Shown one piece after another: positions 42,987 to 52,270 of a stretch of DNA of 64,000 bases. The DNA comes from an uncultured delta proteobacterium. Lineage in GTDB: Bacteria > Desulfobacterota > Binatia > DP-6. The DNA lies in NCBI GenBank assembly GCA_963815115.1, contig CAWFFN010000005.1:1280001-1344000 (forward strand), read 5' to 3'. Under the pieces are notes generated by a model. That model worked only from the letters and a program-made list of their open reading frames with translations. It was not told where the DNA came from and did not search any database. The position numbers and the translations under genes are program-made. Each line of letters opens with the position of its first letter. Positions within the stretch are counted from its first letter, which is position 1.

Positions 42987-43804
42987 GACGGGTATTGCTT
43001 GGGATCACGGTAGCGGCAGCGGTGGCACTCCTGGCGGACGCGGCCGGGGCCGCCGGCCCTCCGGCGGGACCACTCGGGAAGTGCGCCGTGGACGCCGTGG
43101 TGTCCGGTGCGGGGTGCATGGACAAGTACGAGGCGAGCGTGTGGCGGGTGCCGAACCCGCTGGCCGCGAACAGGAGCCTGGTGAAGAAGATCCAGCAGGG
43201 CACGGCAACGGCCGCGCTGCTGACGGCGGGGGGCGCGACGCAGCTCGGCATCGGCGGCAGCGACAACTACGCGCCGTGCGCGGACAGCGGGCAGAACTGC
43301 GCCGACGACGTCTACGCGGTGAGCCTGCCGGGGGTACGGCCGTCGGCGAACATCACCTGGTTCCAGGCGCAGCAGGCCTGCACGAACGCGGGCAAGCGGC
43401 TGCCGTCGAACGCGGAGTGGCAGGCGGAGGTGGCGGGAACGCCCGACCCGGGGGACGACGACGGCACGACCGAGTGCAACACGGCGAGCGCGTTCCACGC
43501 GGTCGCCACCGGATCCCGCACGGCCTGCGTGTCGGCACGGGGAGCGTTCGACATGGTGGGGAACCTCTACGAGTGGGTGGCAGATTGGGTACCGCACTCG
43601 ACGGGGTGCGGGAGCTGGAGTCCGGGCGTGAGCCCGACCGGTGACGACCAGTGCCTCGCCGGCGCGGCCGCGACGGGTGAACCCGCGGCGCTGCTGCGCG
43701 GCGGCAGCTACATCGGCGGTTCGCTTGCCGGTCCGCTCGCGGTCCTCGGCACCAACCCGCTGTCCGGCCCGAACGTGATCGTCGGCTTCCGCTGCGCTCG
43801 CTAG
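42983..43804 (+). CDS. Secreted FGE-sulfatase/C-type-lectin-fold protein, candidate DGR target
   Basis: MDKYEAS, ITWFQAQQAC..GKRLPSNAEW, GAFDMVGNLYEW, LRGG...VGFRCAR. Confidence 0.85.
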   Translation: MRRVLLGITVAAAVALLADAAGAAGPPAGPLGKCAVDAVVSGAGCMDKYEASVWRVPNPLAANRSLVKKIQQGTATAALLTAGGATQLGIGGSDNYAPCADSGQNCADDVYAVSLPGVRPSANITWFQAQQACTNAGKRLPSNAEWQAEVAGTPDPGDDDGTTECNTASAFHAVATGSRTACVSARGAFDMVGNLYEWVADWVPHSTGCGSWSPGVSPTGDDQCLAGAAATGEPAALLRGGSYIGGSLAGPLAVLGTNPLSGPNVIVGFRCAR

Positions 43805-43836
43805 TCCCGTTGCTCTCATCGCCGACGGGGCCGATG

Positions 43837-43862
43837 CCCGCGCCAGCCCGGACTGGCGCGGG
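43837..43862. repeat. Perfect inverted repeat 32 nt after the FGE gene
   Basis: CCCGCGCCAG-CCCGGA-CTGGCGCGGG. Confidence 0.65.
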
Positions 43863-44029
43863 ACGTCGCCCTGGACGGCGAGCCATCCGCCGATGCCCGC
43901 CAGCACTCGCGTCCGCCCATCACAGCGGGGCACGCGAGTGGAGCCCTCCTGCAGCCGGCGGCGATTCACGAGCGCCTCCCGACCAACCACGGATTGTCGG
44001 ACGGGTTCCGATCTCCGGGGCGGCCGCTC

Positions 44030-44296
44030 CTACTTCTTGCCGCCGCCCTTCATCGAGTTACGCCAGAGGTCGGTGCAGCTGCGGACCGTCTCGACGTCGG
44101 TGTTGCTCTTCTTGGCGACCTCGTCCGCGCTGAGCCCGCCGCCCCCCTCGTCCAGCACCGCGACCACCTTGGCGCAGCCGGGCGGCATGGGCTGCGCCGC
44201 GCCCGTGCCTCCCTGCACCCCCTCGCCGCCGCGGGCGCCGCTCGCCGAAATCACCACCGCGCCGAGTAGCATCGTCACCATCCGCAGTCCGTTCAT
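44030..44296 (-). CDS. Small secreted protein with Cys pair
   Basis: GGAGG RBS; signal peptide; GCAKV...SADEVAKK..VETVRSC. Confidence 0.6.
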   Translation of the reverse strand: MNGLRMVTMLLGAVVISASGARGGEGVQGGTGAAQPMPPGCAKVVAVLDEGGGGLSADEVAKKSNTDVETVRSCTDLWRNSMKGGGKK

Positions 44297-44402
44297 CGTG
44301 GTCCCTCCGATGGGTCGATTGGGCGTCCTCTAGCCGGATCGCGTGCTCGGTGAAAGGGGTGGTCCTTTGCGGTAGCATTGCGGCGCGCGGGCGGAGCCGC
44401 GG

Positions 44403-45701
44403 ATGCCGACGACCTACTACCTCATCAGCGACCTGCACATCGGCGGCGACGGCGGGCTCGCGCACTGCGATTTCGAGCGCGAGCTGATCGAGTTCCTCGC
44501 CGGGATCGCGGAGGGACCACAGCCCGCGGAGCTCATCATCGTCGGCGACGCGTTCGGCTTCTGGGAGCTGACGGATCGGGAGGGGGCGTCGAAGCTCGAG
44601 ACGATCGCCACGGCGCTGCCGGCGCTCTTCCGGCAGCTGCGCGAGACCGGAGAGCGCGTGCGGATCACCCTGCTCCCCGGAAACCACGACTATGACCTGG
44701 CCTGCGTCCCGGCGTACCAGGCGGAGCTCGCGCGCTACAACATCCGTCTCGAGCCCGTGGTGTACATCACCCGCACGATCGCGGGCCGCACCGTCTGGAT
44801 CGAGCACGGCAACCAGTACGACGACTTCAACCGCTTTCCGGACTTCGGCAACCGCTGGGGACTGCCCCTGGGCTACTTCATCACCCGCGGCGTCGTCGCC
44901 TCCGCGGCCCGGAGCGCGGAGCGGAGCAAGAGCGAGTGGCTCGACGACGTCCAGTCCGTGTATCCGAACGAGGACATCCCGTTCTGGGTGCTCTCGAACC
45001 ACTTCTACAAGGAGATGACGCCGCTGCTGCGCTGGGGGCTCTTCCCCTTCCTCCTCCTGTTCACCGTGAGCGTGGTCGTCTTCGGGCTCCGCGCGGCCGG
45101 TCGGCTGTTCGGCTGGGACACGAGCGTGTTCGACATGAACCTGCAGCCGATCCTCGGGTTTCCCGGCCGGGTGATCGACCTGGTGCAGTTCGTGAACAGC
45201 ACGGTGATCGCGACGCTCCTGGTGCTCGCCGTCCCGCTGTACTTCCTGCTCCGGGACATCCGCGCGGCGGTCGCGCGCTACGGCATGGCGCGCGGCGAGC
45301 TCCTCAATGTCGAGAAGGACGCGCAGTACGTCGCCGCGGCGAAGCGCATCTTCGCCGCGGACCCGACGGTGGCGGTGTTCGTGTACGGGCACACCCACAT
45401 CCCCTCGCTGCGCGAGGTCGAGGGGCGCTACGTGATCAACACCGGGACGTGGCTCAAGCGGCTCGACTACGTTCCGGTCCGGGTGGGGCACCTGCCCGGC
45501 GTCTACGTCCCATCCTACCAGCTCAACTACTTCGAGCTCGCCGAGGACGACGGCGCGCTCCGCGTGCGCTACCGGGTGATCGCCAAGGAGCCGCCGCGTG
45601 ACCTGACGCTCCTGGAGCGGTTGCTCATCCTGGGCCGGCGCACGAAGGCGACCCCGACGATCCCCACCGAGACACGGGTCGCCCGCGGCGCGACGGTCTA
45701 G
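44403..45701 (+). CDS. Calcineurin-like metallophosphoesterase with two membrane helices
   Basis: SDLH, GD, GNHD, EHG, GHTH, NTGTW. Confidence 0.88.
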   Translation: MPTTYYLISDLHIGGDGGLAHCDFERELIEFLAGIAEGPQPAELIIVGDAFGFWELTDREGASKLETIATALPALFRQLRETGERVRITLLPGNHDYDLACVPAYQAELARYNIRLEPVVYITRTIAGRTVWIEHGNQYDDFNRFPDFGNRWGLPLGYFITRGVVASAARSAERSKSEWLDDVQSVYPNEDIPFWVLSNHFYKEMTPLLRWGLFPFLLLFTVSVVVFGLRAAGRLFGWDTSVFDMNLQPILGFPGRVIDLVQFVNSTVIATLLVLAVPLYFLLRDIRAAVARYGMARGELLNVEKDAQYVAAAKRIFAADPTVAVFVYGHTHIPSLREVEGRYVINTGTWLKRLDYVPVRVGHLPGVYVPSYQLNYFELAEDDGALRVRYRVIAKEPPRDLTLLERLLILGRRTKATPTIPTETRVARGATV

Positions 45702-47188
45702 CTGCCGGCGTCCTCGGGTTTCTCGATCGCCTCGGTCCACAGGGCGGTTGCGGTGCGCCCCTCCGCATCGGCCTGCTGCTCGATGTTGTCGCGGATGTGC
45801 AGGATGAGGCCGCCGATGTGGTCGCGGGCCGCGTTGATGGGCGAGAGCAGGTCCGAGAGCGCCGCCTGGTCGCCGAGGTCGCCGGCGGCGAAGCGGTCCA
45901 GCGCCTCGCTCTTCAGCTCCAGCAGCTCGCGCTGCAGCTCTGCCAGAGGCTCCAGCTCGAGCGTCGCGGAGAGCTCGAGAGTGGCGATGCGGCGCTCGAC
46001 GTCCGCGACGCGGAGCATGTAGCTCCCGAACGTCTCGTCCCGCCGGGCCCGCGTCCGCTGGCGCCACCACTGCCAGAAGAAGAGCGCGCCGCCCGCGAGC
46101 GCGCCGAGGATGCTGAGCGAGTTGCTGAGCGCGTTGACGGTGTCGTCGGTGACGTAGGGCAGGTCGCGCCGCTGGTAGTCGACTGCGCCGGCGTGCGGCT
46201 CGAGGCGCGACGGCAGCGCGAGCAAGCCGCGATCGAGGGGAGGCGACGTGACCTGGGCGACCTCGGCACCGAACACCGTGTCGAGGAAGCGCTCGACCGC
46301 CTCGGCCGGCACCCGGTCGTTCGCGACGACCATCAGCCGGGCTCCGATCGTGTGCAGGGGCGCGTCGGGGATCGGGGGATCGATCTCGTACGTGAAGGCC
46401 GGGATGACCGTGTCGGAGACGTGCCGGCGTTCGATTGCCGACCCGGCGCCCTGCGACGGCTCATCCGTGATCAGGATGCCCAGCCGGAACGCCTCCGCGA
46501 AGGGCAGCGGCACGATCCGGTAGCCCGCGGACCGGATGAGCTGCAACGCGATGATCGACGGCACCGTGGCCAGGTGGAGGACCGCGTCCGGCATGGCCGA
46601 GCGATCGCCGCGCTCGACGAGGGCCTGGAGCTCGGGGAGGGACGACGCCCGAGCGAGGTATCCGTCGTCGGTCGTGGCACCGCGGGGCCCGACACCGGCG
46701 AAGTCCAGGACAGCGGTCGCGAGGCCGGCGGTCGTCGAGCCGTTCGGTCCGAGATCGACCGTGCGGCCGCGCAGCGCGTCCAGACCGTGGGCAACGCTGT
46801 CGGCGAACTCTTCCTTCACCAGCAGGTGGAGGGCCTCGGTGTAGAGCGGCGTGACGGCGCGGACGTTCGGGTAGCGCTCCATCCGGTAGGCTCCCGAGAC
46901 CAGCGCGAAGTCGATGGCGCCCTGGCTCACCTGGGCGAGTCCCTCCTCGGTGGTCGCGGTCTCCACGAGGCGGGCGTCGAGACCGTGGCCCGCCAGCGCC
47001 CCGACGAGTGTGTGCGCGACCTTCGCCCGCGTCGTATCCATGACTCCGGGCGTCAGCGTGATGCGGCGAACCGGAGCCGGCGATCTGGTCAGCGCGATCG
47101 CCAGCGCGACGCCGAGCGCTGCCAGCCCGAGGAACAGCCCCAGCCAGCTGCCCCGCCTCGGCCGGAGAAACTTCGCTTCCTGGCTCAT
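45698..47188 (-). CDS. TAXI-family solute-binding protein, membrane-anchored
   Basis: PLYTEALHLLV, LRGRTVDLGPNGS, PHAGA..Y; C-terminal hydrophobic helix and helical tail. Confidence 0.78.
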   Translation of the reverse strand: MSQEAKFLRPRRGSWLGLFLGLAALGVALAIALTRSPAPVRRITLTPGVMDTTRAKVAHTLVGALAGHGLDARLVETATTEEGLAQVSQGAIDFALVSGAYRMERYPNVRAVTPLYTEALHLLVKEEFADSVAHGLDALRGRTVDLGPNGSTTAGLATAVLDFAGVGPRGATTDDGYLARASSLPELQALVERGDRSAMPDAVLHLATVPSIIALQLIRSAGYRIVPLPFAEAFRLGILITDEPSQGAGSAIERRHVSDTVIPAFTYEIDPPIPDAPLHTIGARLMVVANDRVPAEAVERFLDTVFGAEVAQVTSPPLDRGLLALPSRLEPHAGAVDYQRRDLPYVTDDTVNALSNSLSILGALAGGALFFWQWWRQRTRARRDETFGSYMLRVADVERRIATLELSATLELEPLAELQRELLELKSEALDRFAAGDLGDQAALSDLLSPINAARDHIGGLILHIRDNIEQQADAEGRTATALWTEAIEKPEDAGS

Positions 47189-47665
47189 GACCGGAACGGC
47201 ACTGCCTCGGGGATCGAGAGACCGATCGCCGGGATCCACCTGCCCGAGACCACCACCACGCGCGCCCCGAGTGACCTTGCTGCACCGACCCGACGCCTGC
47301 CGACGCCGGTGCCCGGTGCGCTTCTCGTCGCCGTGAGCGGCACGGCGACCGAGGCTATGCGAGGGCAATTGAATTGGCCAGCACCGTCCCCTGGTTCGCC
47401 TCTTCACGTTTCACGCTCTCGGTTGCCTCTACGGTGCGGGCTCGATGTACGCGCGGCATCCATCTGGGGACATTCCCAGCGCCGCACCTCGGGGTCGCAG
47501 ATCCGGGAAGGAAGCCAGCTGCCAGACGGGTCCTAGCTCACCAGGACGGCGGTATCCGTGCCGGAACGCCCCCGCCGGTCCCGAGCTGCGTGGCATGTCG
47601 GTTGCTGTTGTTTCGTGGTGACTCGATCCCGCAGGCGATGCCGATTCGGGTCCGAAGGATAGCGT

Positions 47666-49453
47666 ATGAAACGACTCCGGATGGGACGCGGCCTGATGGT
47701 CGTCACGCTGGCGATCGTGGGAACCTGCGCCGTGGCGGGACGGAGCGGAGCCCGGCCGTTCGACGAGTTGATCCTCGCATTCGCCGTGGGCACGCTGGCG
47801 ATCGCGTGTTTCGCCATGCGCCGGCAGCGCGAGGCCGAGGCAGAGGTCCGAACGTGTCGGCGGGCCGAGCAAGAGCCCGCCAATCTGACGAACCTCGCCA
47901 TCCTCGCCCGCATGGGCCACGCGATCCGCACGCCGCTCAATGGGATCGTCGGTACGACCGAGCTTCTGGTTCACACGCCGCTGACGACCGCGCCGCGTGA
48001 ACTCGTCGAGATCGCCCGGGCGTCGTCCGACGCGTTGTCGACCGTGATCAACGACCTCCTCGACTTCTCCCAGATCCAGGCCGGCAAGGTCGACCTCCAG
48101 CACGTCGCCTTCGACCTGCGCGACTGCGTCGGCGAGACGCTCGAGGCACTCGCCGTCTCGGCCCACCAGAAGTTCCTCGAGCTCACCTACACGAGCTCGG
48201 ACGATGTCCCGGGCGAGCTGTACGGCGACCCGGCTCGTCTGCGCCAGGTCCTCGTCAACCTGGTGGGGAACGCGATCGAGTTCACGCGCGCCGGCGGCGA
48301 GGTGGTGGTAACCATCGACGCGATGGCGTCGAGCGATCGTGAGACACGGATTCGCTGTTCGGTTCGAGACACCGGGATCGGCATCTCCCCGGAACAGCGC
48401 GCTCGCGTCTTCGACGTCCTCGAACCGGGTGACGGCGGGACCACGCCGTCCTTCGCAAGTACGGGCCTCGGGCTGCCGATCTCGGCGCAGATCGTCCATC
48501 TCATGGGCGGTGAGATCGGCGTCGAGAGCGTCGTCGGTCAGGGCAGCACGTTCCACTTCACCGCGGCGTTCGAACGCCAGGTCCGGCCATCCCCGGCCGT
48601 TTCGCCGTCGCGACCGACGGCGCTTCGCGGGATGCGGGTCCTGGTCGTCGACGACAACCTCGCGAATCGCCGCATCCTCGAGATGATGCTGCGCGGCTGG
48701 GGGATGGAGCCGACGGCCATGGAGTGTGGCGCCGACGCCCTGTGCGCCCTGCAGGAGGCCGCGGGCAGCGCGCGACCGTTCCGCCTGGTGATCCTCGACG
48801 TCCAGATGCCGGGGCTCGACGGCTTTGAAGTCGCCGAGCGAATTCAGGATGACCCGAACCTGTCCCGAGCGCCGATCCTGATGCTCACCTCGGATCGACG
48901 CAAGGAGGATCGTGACCGTTGTCGCGAGCTCGGCGTGGCCGGCTATCTCGTGAAGCCCGTCAGGCAGTCGGAGCTGTTGCAGGCAATCTGGGAGATCCTG
49001 AGCGCGTCGCCCGCCACGGGGAGAGCGGCGGACGAATCCGATGCGCAGCAGCTGACATCGCCGCGGCCGCTCCGTGTGTTGCTGGCGGAGGACAACCCCC
49101 TGAACCAGGCGCTGATGGTGCGGGTGCTGGAGAGGACTGGCCACCACGTCACCGTGGCGGCCAACGGGAAGGAAGCGCTCGCCAAGCTGAGCGACGCGAG
49201 GTTCGACGTCGTCCTCATGGACATTGAAATGCCGGAGATGGACGGTCTGGAGGCCGCGGCGGCGATCCGCCGATGCGAACGGGCCGACGACAGTCCAGAC
49301 ACGAAGCACATCCCGATCGTCGCGCTGACGGCCCACGCGATGGTCGACGACCCGAAGCGATGTCTGGACGCCGACATGGATGCCTACCTGTCCAAGCCGG
49401 TCAACGTCAGCGACCTCCTCCAGGCGATCCACACGCTGGCGGCGGCCGCGTAG
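47666..49453 (+). CDS. Hybrid histidine kinase with two receiver domains (divergent motifs)
   Basis: GHAIRTPLNG, GDPARLRQVLVNLVGNA, DTGIGI, TGLGL; VLVVDDN..LDVQMP..KP; LLAEDN..MDIEMP..KP. Confidence 0.9.
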   Translation: MKRLRMGRGLMVVTLAIVGTCAVAGRSGARPFDELILAFAVGTLAIACFAMRRQREAEAEVRTCRRAEQEPANLTNLAILARMGHAIRTPLNGIVGTTELLVHTPLTTAPRELVEIARASSDALSTVINDLLDFSQIQAGKVDLQHVAFDLRDCVGETLEALAVSAHQKFLELTYTSSDDVPGELYGDPARLRQVLVNLVGNAIEFTRAGGEVVVTIDAMASSDRETRIRCSVRDTGIGISPEQRARVFDVLEPGDGGTTPSFASTGLGLPISAQIVHLMGGEIGVESVVGQGSTFHFTAAFERQVRPSPAVSPSRPTALRGMRVLVVDDNLANRRILEMMLRGWGMEPTAMECGADALCALQEAAGSARPFRLVILDVQMPGLDGFEVAERIQDDPNLSRAPILMLTSDRRKEDRDRCRELGVAGYLVKPVRQSELLQAIWEILSASPATGRAADESDAQQLTSPRPLRVLLAEDNPLNQALMVRVLERTGHHVTVAANGKEALAKLSDARFDVVLMDIEMPEMDGLEAAAAIRRCERADDSPDTKHIPIVALTAHAMVDDPKRCLDADMDAYLSKPVNVSDLLQAIHTLAAAA

Positions 49454-49579
49454 CTTGACGCCGCGCTCCGTTCCTGAGACGCCTGCCGTGAGGGGTCGTC
49501 GGGGGACATGCAGCGGCTGGCGGCAGAGGCATTGGCCCATTGCCCGGTCTCTCGGTAGAGTGCGCGAGGGGAGGGCCGG

Positions 49580-49795
49580 ATGTCTCAAGCGACCGACCGC
49601 GCGTGGGTGATCGAGAGGCGCAGCGGCGTCGGCGGCGAGAGGTGGGAACCTCTGTCGGGCATCGAGCCTCGCTCACTGGCGAGCTGCAGAGTCGACCTCG
49701 AGGAGCGCGCGAGCGTGCCGCGGCATCAGGGCCGGACGTGGCGTCTTCGCAACATCGCCACGCGAGACATCATCGACTGGCCGATGCCCGCGTAG
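49580..49795 (+). CDS. Possible small hypothetical protein
   Basis: GGAGG before ATG; fills the intergenic gap. Confidence 0.35.
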   Translation: MSQATDRAWVIERRSGVGGERWEPLSGIEPRSLASCRVDLEERASVPRHQGRTWRLRNIATRDIIDWPMPA

Positions 49796-49857
49796 TACAG
49801 CGCGTCGGTGAGATTCGCCCAGTTCAGGGTCGCGTCCTCGAGTGACTGACACTCGGG

Positions 49858-50187
49858 CTATATGCTGCCCACGCGGTCCGCCGCCCTGGCTGCGGTCCCT
49901 TCCAGGGCGACGAGCCGCTGCTCCAGAGCTCCCAGGCGCTCGCCGTCGAGGACCGGGCGCGGGTGCGCACTGAAGGCGGGATTGTTCACCCACCAGTCCA
50001 TGCCCATTTCCTTCGCCTTGTCCACCGAGCAGATCACCAGGCGAATCTGGATCGTGAGCAGCTCCACCTCGACGAGGTTCACGCGAATGTCCCCTGCGAT
50101 GACGATACCCTTGTCGAGCACTCGCTCGAGCACGTCGGCGAGCGTGGCGCTGGATGTCGATTTCGTGACTCCGGATGCGAAGGGTAT
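49858..50187 (-). CDS. gvpJ: Gas vesicle protein GvpJ/GvpA-family (apparent start codon ATA)
   Basis: TLADVLERVLDKGIVIAGDI..VELLTIQIRL..SVDKAKEMGMDWW. Confidence 0.85.
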   Translation of the reverse strand: MPFASGVTKSTSSATLADVLERVLDKGIVIAGDIRVNLVEVELLTIQIRLVICSVDKAKEMGMDWWVNNPAFSAHPRPVLDGERLGALEQRLVALEGTAARAADRVGSI

Positions 50188-50204
50188 CTACCGTCTCCTG
50201 GCCT

Positions 50205-50468
50205 CTAGAACAGCCTGCCAAGCGGACCCAGGTCGAGGTTCAGGTCGTCCTCTTCGAGATTGAACGCTTCCCGCAGCTGCCCCTCCTGCGCGTCGAACTG
50301 CGCCTCGGTGATCTGACCACGCTCGAGCAGCAGATAGAGCTGCCGCAGCTCCTCGGTGATCGCGTCGGCCTCGCCGGCCCGTTCCGCTTGCACTGCGTCG
50401 TGCACCTGCTCCGCGACCCACAGCAGACCCCGGAACGGAGCGAAAAGCAGATCGTCGATCAGGAGCAC
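50205..50468 (-). pseudogene. gvpG: GvpG N-terminus fused to GvpK C-terminus
   Basis: MLLIDDLLFAPFRGLLWVAEQV..GQITEAQFD then LREAFNLEEDDLNLDLGPLG. Confidence 0.75.
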
Positions 50469-50495
50469 GGCGCGGATCCGTTCGCCAGCGTCAGG

Positions 50496-51284
50496 CTACC
50501 CACGCGCATGTGCCGAGGCGTGCCCCGGGCGCAGGTCCAGCGCCAGATCGACGAAGTGGTGCGGCGCCCACGGCCCGCTGTAGTCGAACGCGTAGCTGTT
50601 GTCGAAGAGCTTGGCGGCATCGAACACGGCGGCCTCGAATGCCGGCTGCCGGTCGCGTCGCAGGAGGCAGGCGAGATGAAAGACCTCGGTTTCGCCGCGG
50701 GTCGTATTGTGCGTGAGCTCGTCACAGCACGGGCCGAGGATCTCCTCCACCCGCGCCCCGTGAGTCTCACGGTCCTCCCTGAGCAAGCGATCGAAGAGGC
50801 GCCCGACTTCGATCCTGTCGTCCTGCGTGGGTTCCCGATGTCCGGCGAAGAAGCGATCGCGGACGGCCCGGAGCTCCTCGTGCGTCGCGACGAAATATTC
50901 GAAGATGTTGGGCACATCCCAGGTGACCCGCAAGCCCATCTCGATGCGACCGTGCACGCGCTCCATCTGTTCCCGCAGCGACTGCTGGTTCCGTGAAAGG
51001 ATCCGCTGCATCACCTTGCCGTCGTCGGCGACCATGCCGAAGGCCACCGGCAGCACCGCCGGCGCCACCTCCATCAGCTGGCGCAGGACTTCCTGGTGCG
51101 CCGCCAGGTGGCGCCGTTCGGGCCGGAACCGGCCCGCGATCTCGCTGACGAACGCAGAGAGCGCGCCGCTGGTGATCGAGTGGACGATGCCGCTGTCCAG
51201 GCCGATCGGACCGAGGATCCGGTGGTCGAGGTGCGGCGCAACCGCGTAGACGTACAGCTTCGGCTTGAGCGACGCGGGCCTCAT
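50496..51284 (-). CDS. gvpF: Gas vesicle protein GvpF/GvpL family
   Basis: LYVYAV, AHQEVL, VLPVAFG, SGPWAPHHFV; GAGGAGG RBS. Confidence 0.9.
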   Translation of the reverse strand: MRPASLKPKLYVYAVAPHLDHRILGPIGLDSGIVHSITSGALSAFVSEIAGRFRPERRHLAAHQEVLRQLMEVAPAVLPVAFGMVADDGKVMQRILSRNQQSLREQMERVHGRIEMGLRVTWDVPNIFEYFVATHEELRAVRDRFFAGHREPTQDDRIEVGRLFDRLLREDRETHGARVEEILGPCCDELTHNTTRGETEVFHLACLLRRDRQPAFEAAVFDAAKLFDNSYAFDYSGPWAPHHFVDLALDLRPGHASAHARG

Positions 51285-51310
51285 CGATGGGCCTCCTCTT
51301 TGCGGGGTCA

Positions 51311-51508
51311 TCAGCCGTAGGTCTCCGATCGGCGGCCCGCTGACGGTACCGCCGTCGCAGGCACCGGCGAGACAGAACGGAGATTGCCGCCTTCGGTCTT
51401 GATCTCGAGCAACGCGCTGCAGGTCGAGTCGCGTACCAGTCCTGCATAGTCGTCGTAGGCATCGCCGAGATCGATCTTGTGGCCGCACGCGAGACAGATG
51501 ATCTGCAT
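51311..51508 (-). CDS. Small zinc-ribbon-like protein in gvp cluster
   Basis: ICLACGHKIDL..YDDY; second pair reads DSTC (one Cys missing). Confidence 0.55.
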   Translation of the reverse strand: MQIICLACGHKIDLGDAYDDYAGLVRDSTCSALLEIKTEGGNLRSVSPVPATAVPSAGRRSETYG

Positions 51509-51572
51509 GATCGTCACTCCTCGACGAGGCCGACGCGTAGCGCGCGGGCGGTCCGTTGCTCCGGCGGGCGCA

Positions 51573-51791
51573 TCACCGGTCCCTCGGCGAGTCCAGGCGC
51601 GCCTCGTGGGCATGCCACGCCTCGGCAAGCCACTGGCGACGTGTGTCGCCGATGCCGCGGGCGAGCGCGCCGCGCAGCAGCCGCCGGGTGTCGTGCGTGC
51701 GGATGGGCGCACCGGTCGACGCGGGGCACGAGCGGAATCCCTTGATCGTGCGAGCGCTGCGGATGTGCCTCCCGGTCCGAATGGTGAGCAT
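51573..51791 (-). CDS. Possible small basic protein in gvp cluster
   Basis: GGAGG then ATG just after the upstream stop; no family recognised. Confidence 0.35.
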   Translation of the reverse strand: MLTIRTGRHIRSARTIKGFRSCPASTGAPIRTHDTRRLLRGALARGIGDTRRQWLAEAWHAHEARLDSPRDR

Positions 51792-51805
51792 CTGGTCCCT
51801 CCACC

Positions 51806-51970
51806 TCAGTACCGGAGTCTCACGCCGCCGCTGCGTGTGGCAGGGGCCGGCCGGGTCGCAGGCGGAGTCGTGCCCGCAGCCGGCGTGGCGCCGCGAGTGG
51901 CCAGCGCACCGAGAAGAGCAGATTTCTCGGCCTCGATCTCTCTCAGACGAGCATCGAGGTTCTCGACCAT
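51806..51970 (-). pseudogene. C-terminal fragment resembling GvpV-like coiled-coil protein
   Basis: NLDARLREIEAEKSALL...GGVRLRY*; position upstream of gvpF. Confidence 0.45.
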
Positions 51971-52270
51971 CGAGCCGTCGCGCGTCATTTCCACACGCCA
52001 GCGCGCGAATCCCTCGAAACCCGGGGCCCGCGGGCTCGGGCGTCTCATCTTTCGCATGGCCGACGGGCCGGGGAGCATCCGCCTCGGGTTCCAGTGTCCG
52101 TCGGGTGACCGCCGCCCTGGCGCAGGGGGCGCGATCTGTAGTAGCGCCGAGCCGTGCGTGAGTTCCGTCGCCTCCGCCGACCTGGTCCGACTCAACCTGA
52201 CCGGCTCGTTCGCCGGCCGGTGCCTCGGGACCAACCACCGCACCAGGTCGCAGCTACGTTGACCGCATGC

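Noticed and set aside
42983-44029. Complete DGR cassette
   Set aside because: No reverse transcriptase and no second copy of the variable region seen by eye in this window.
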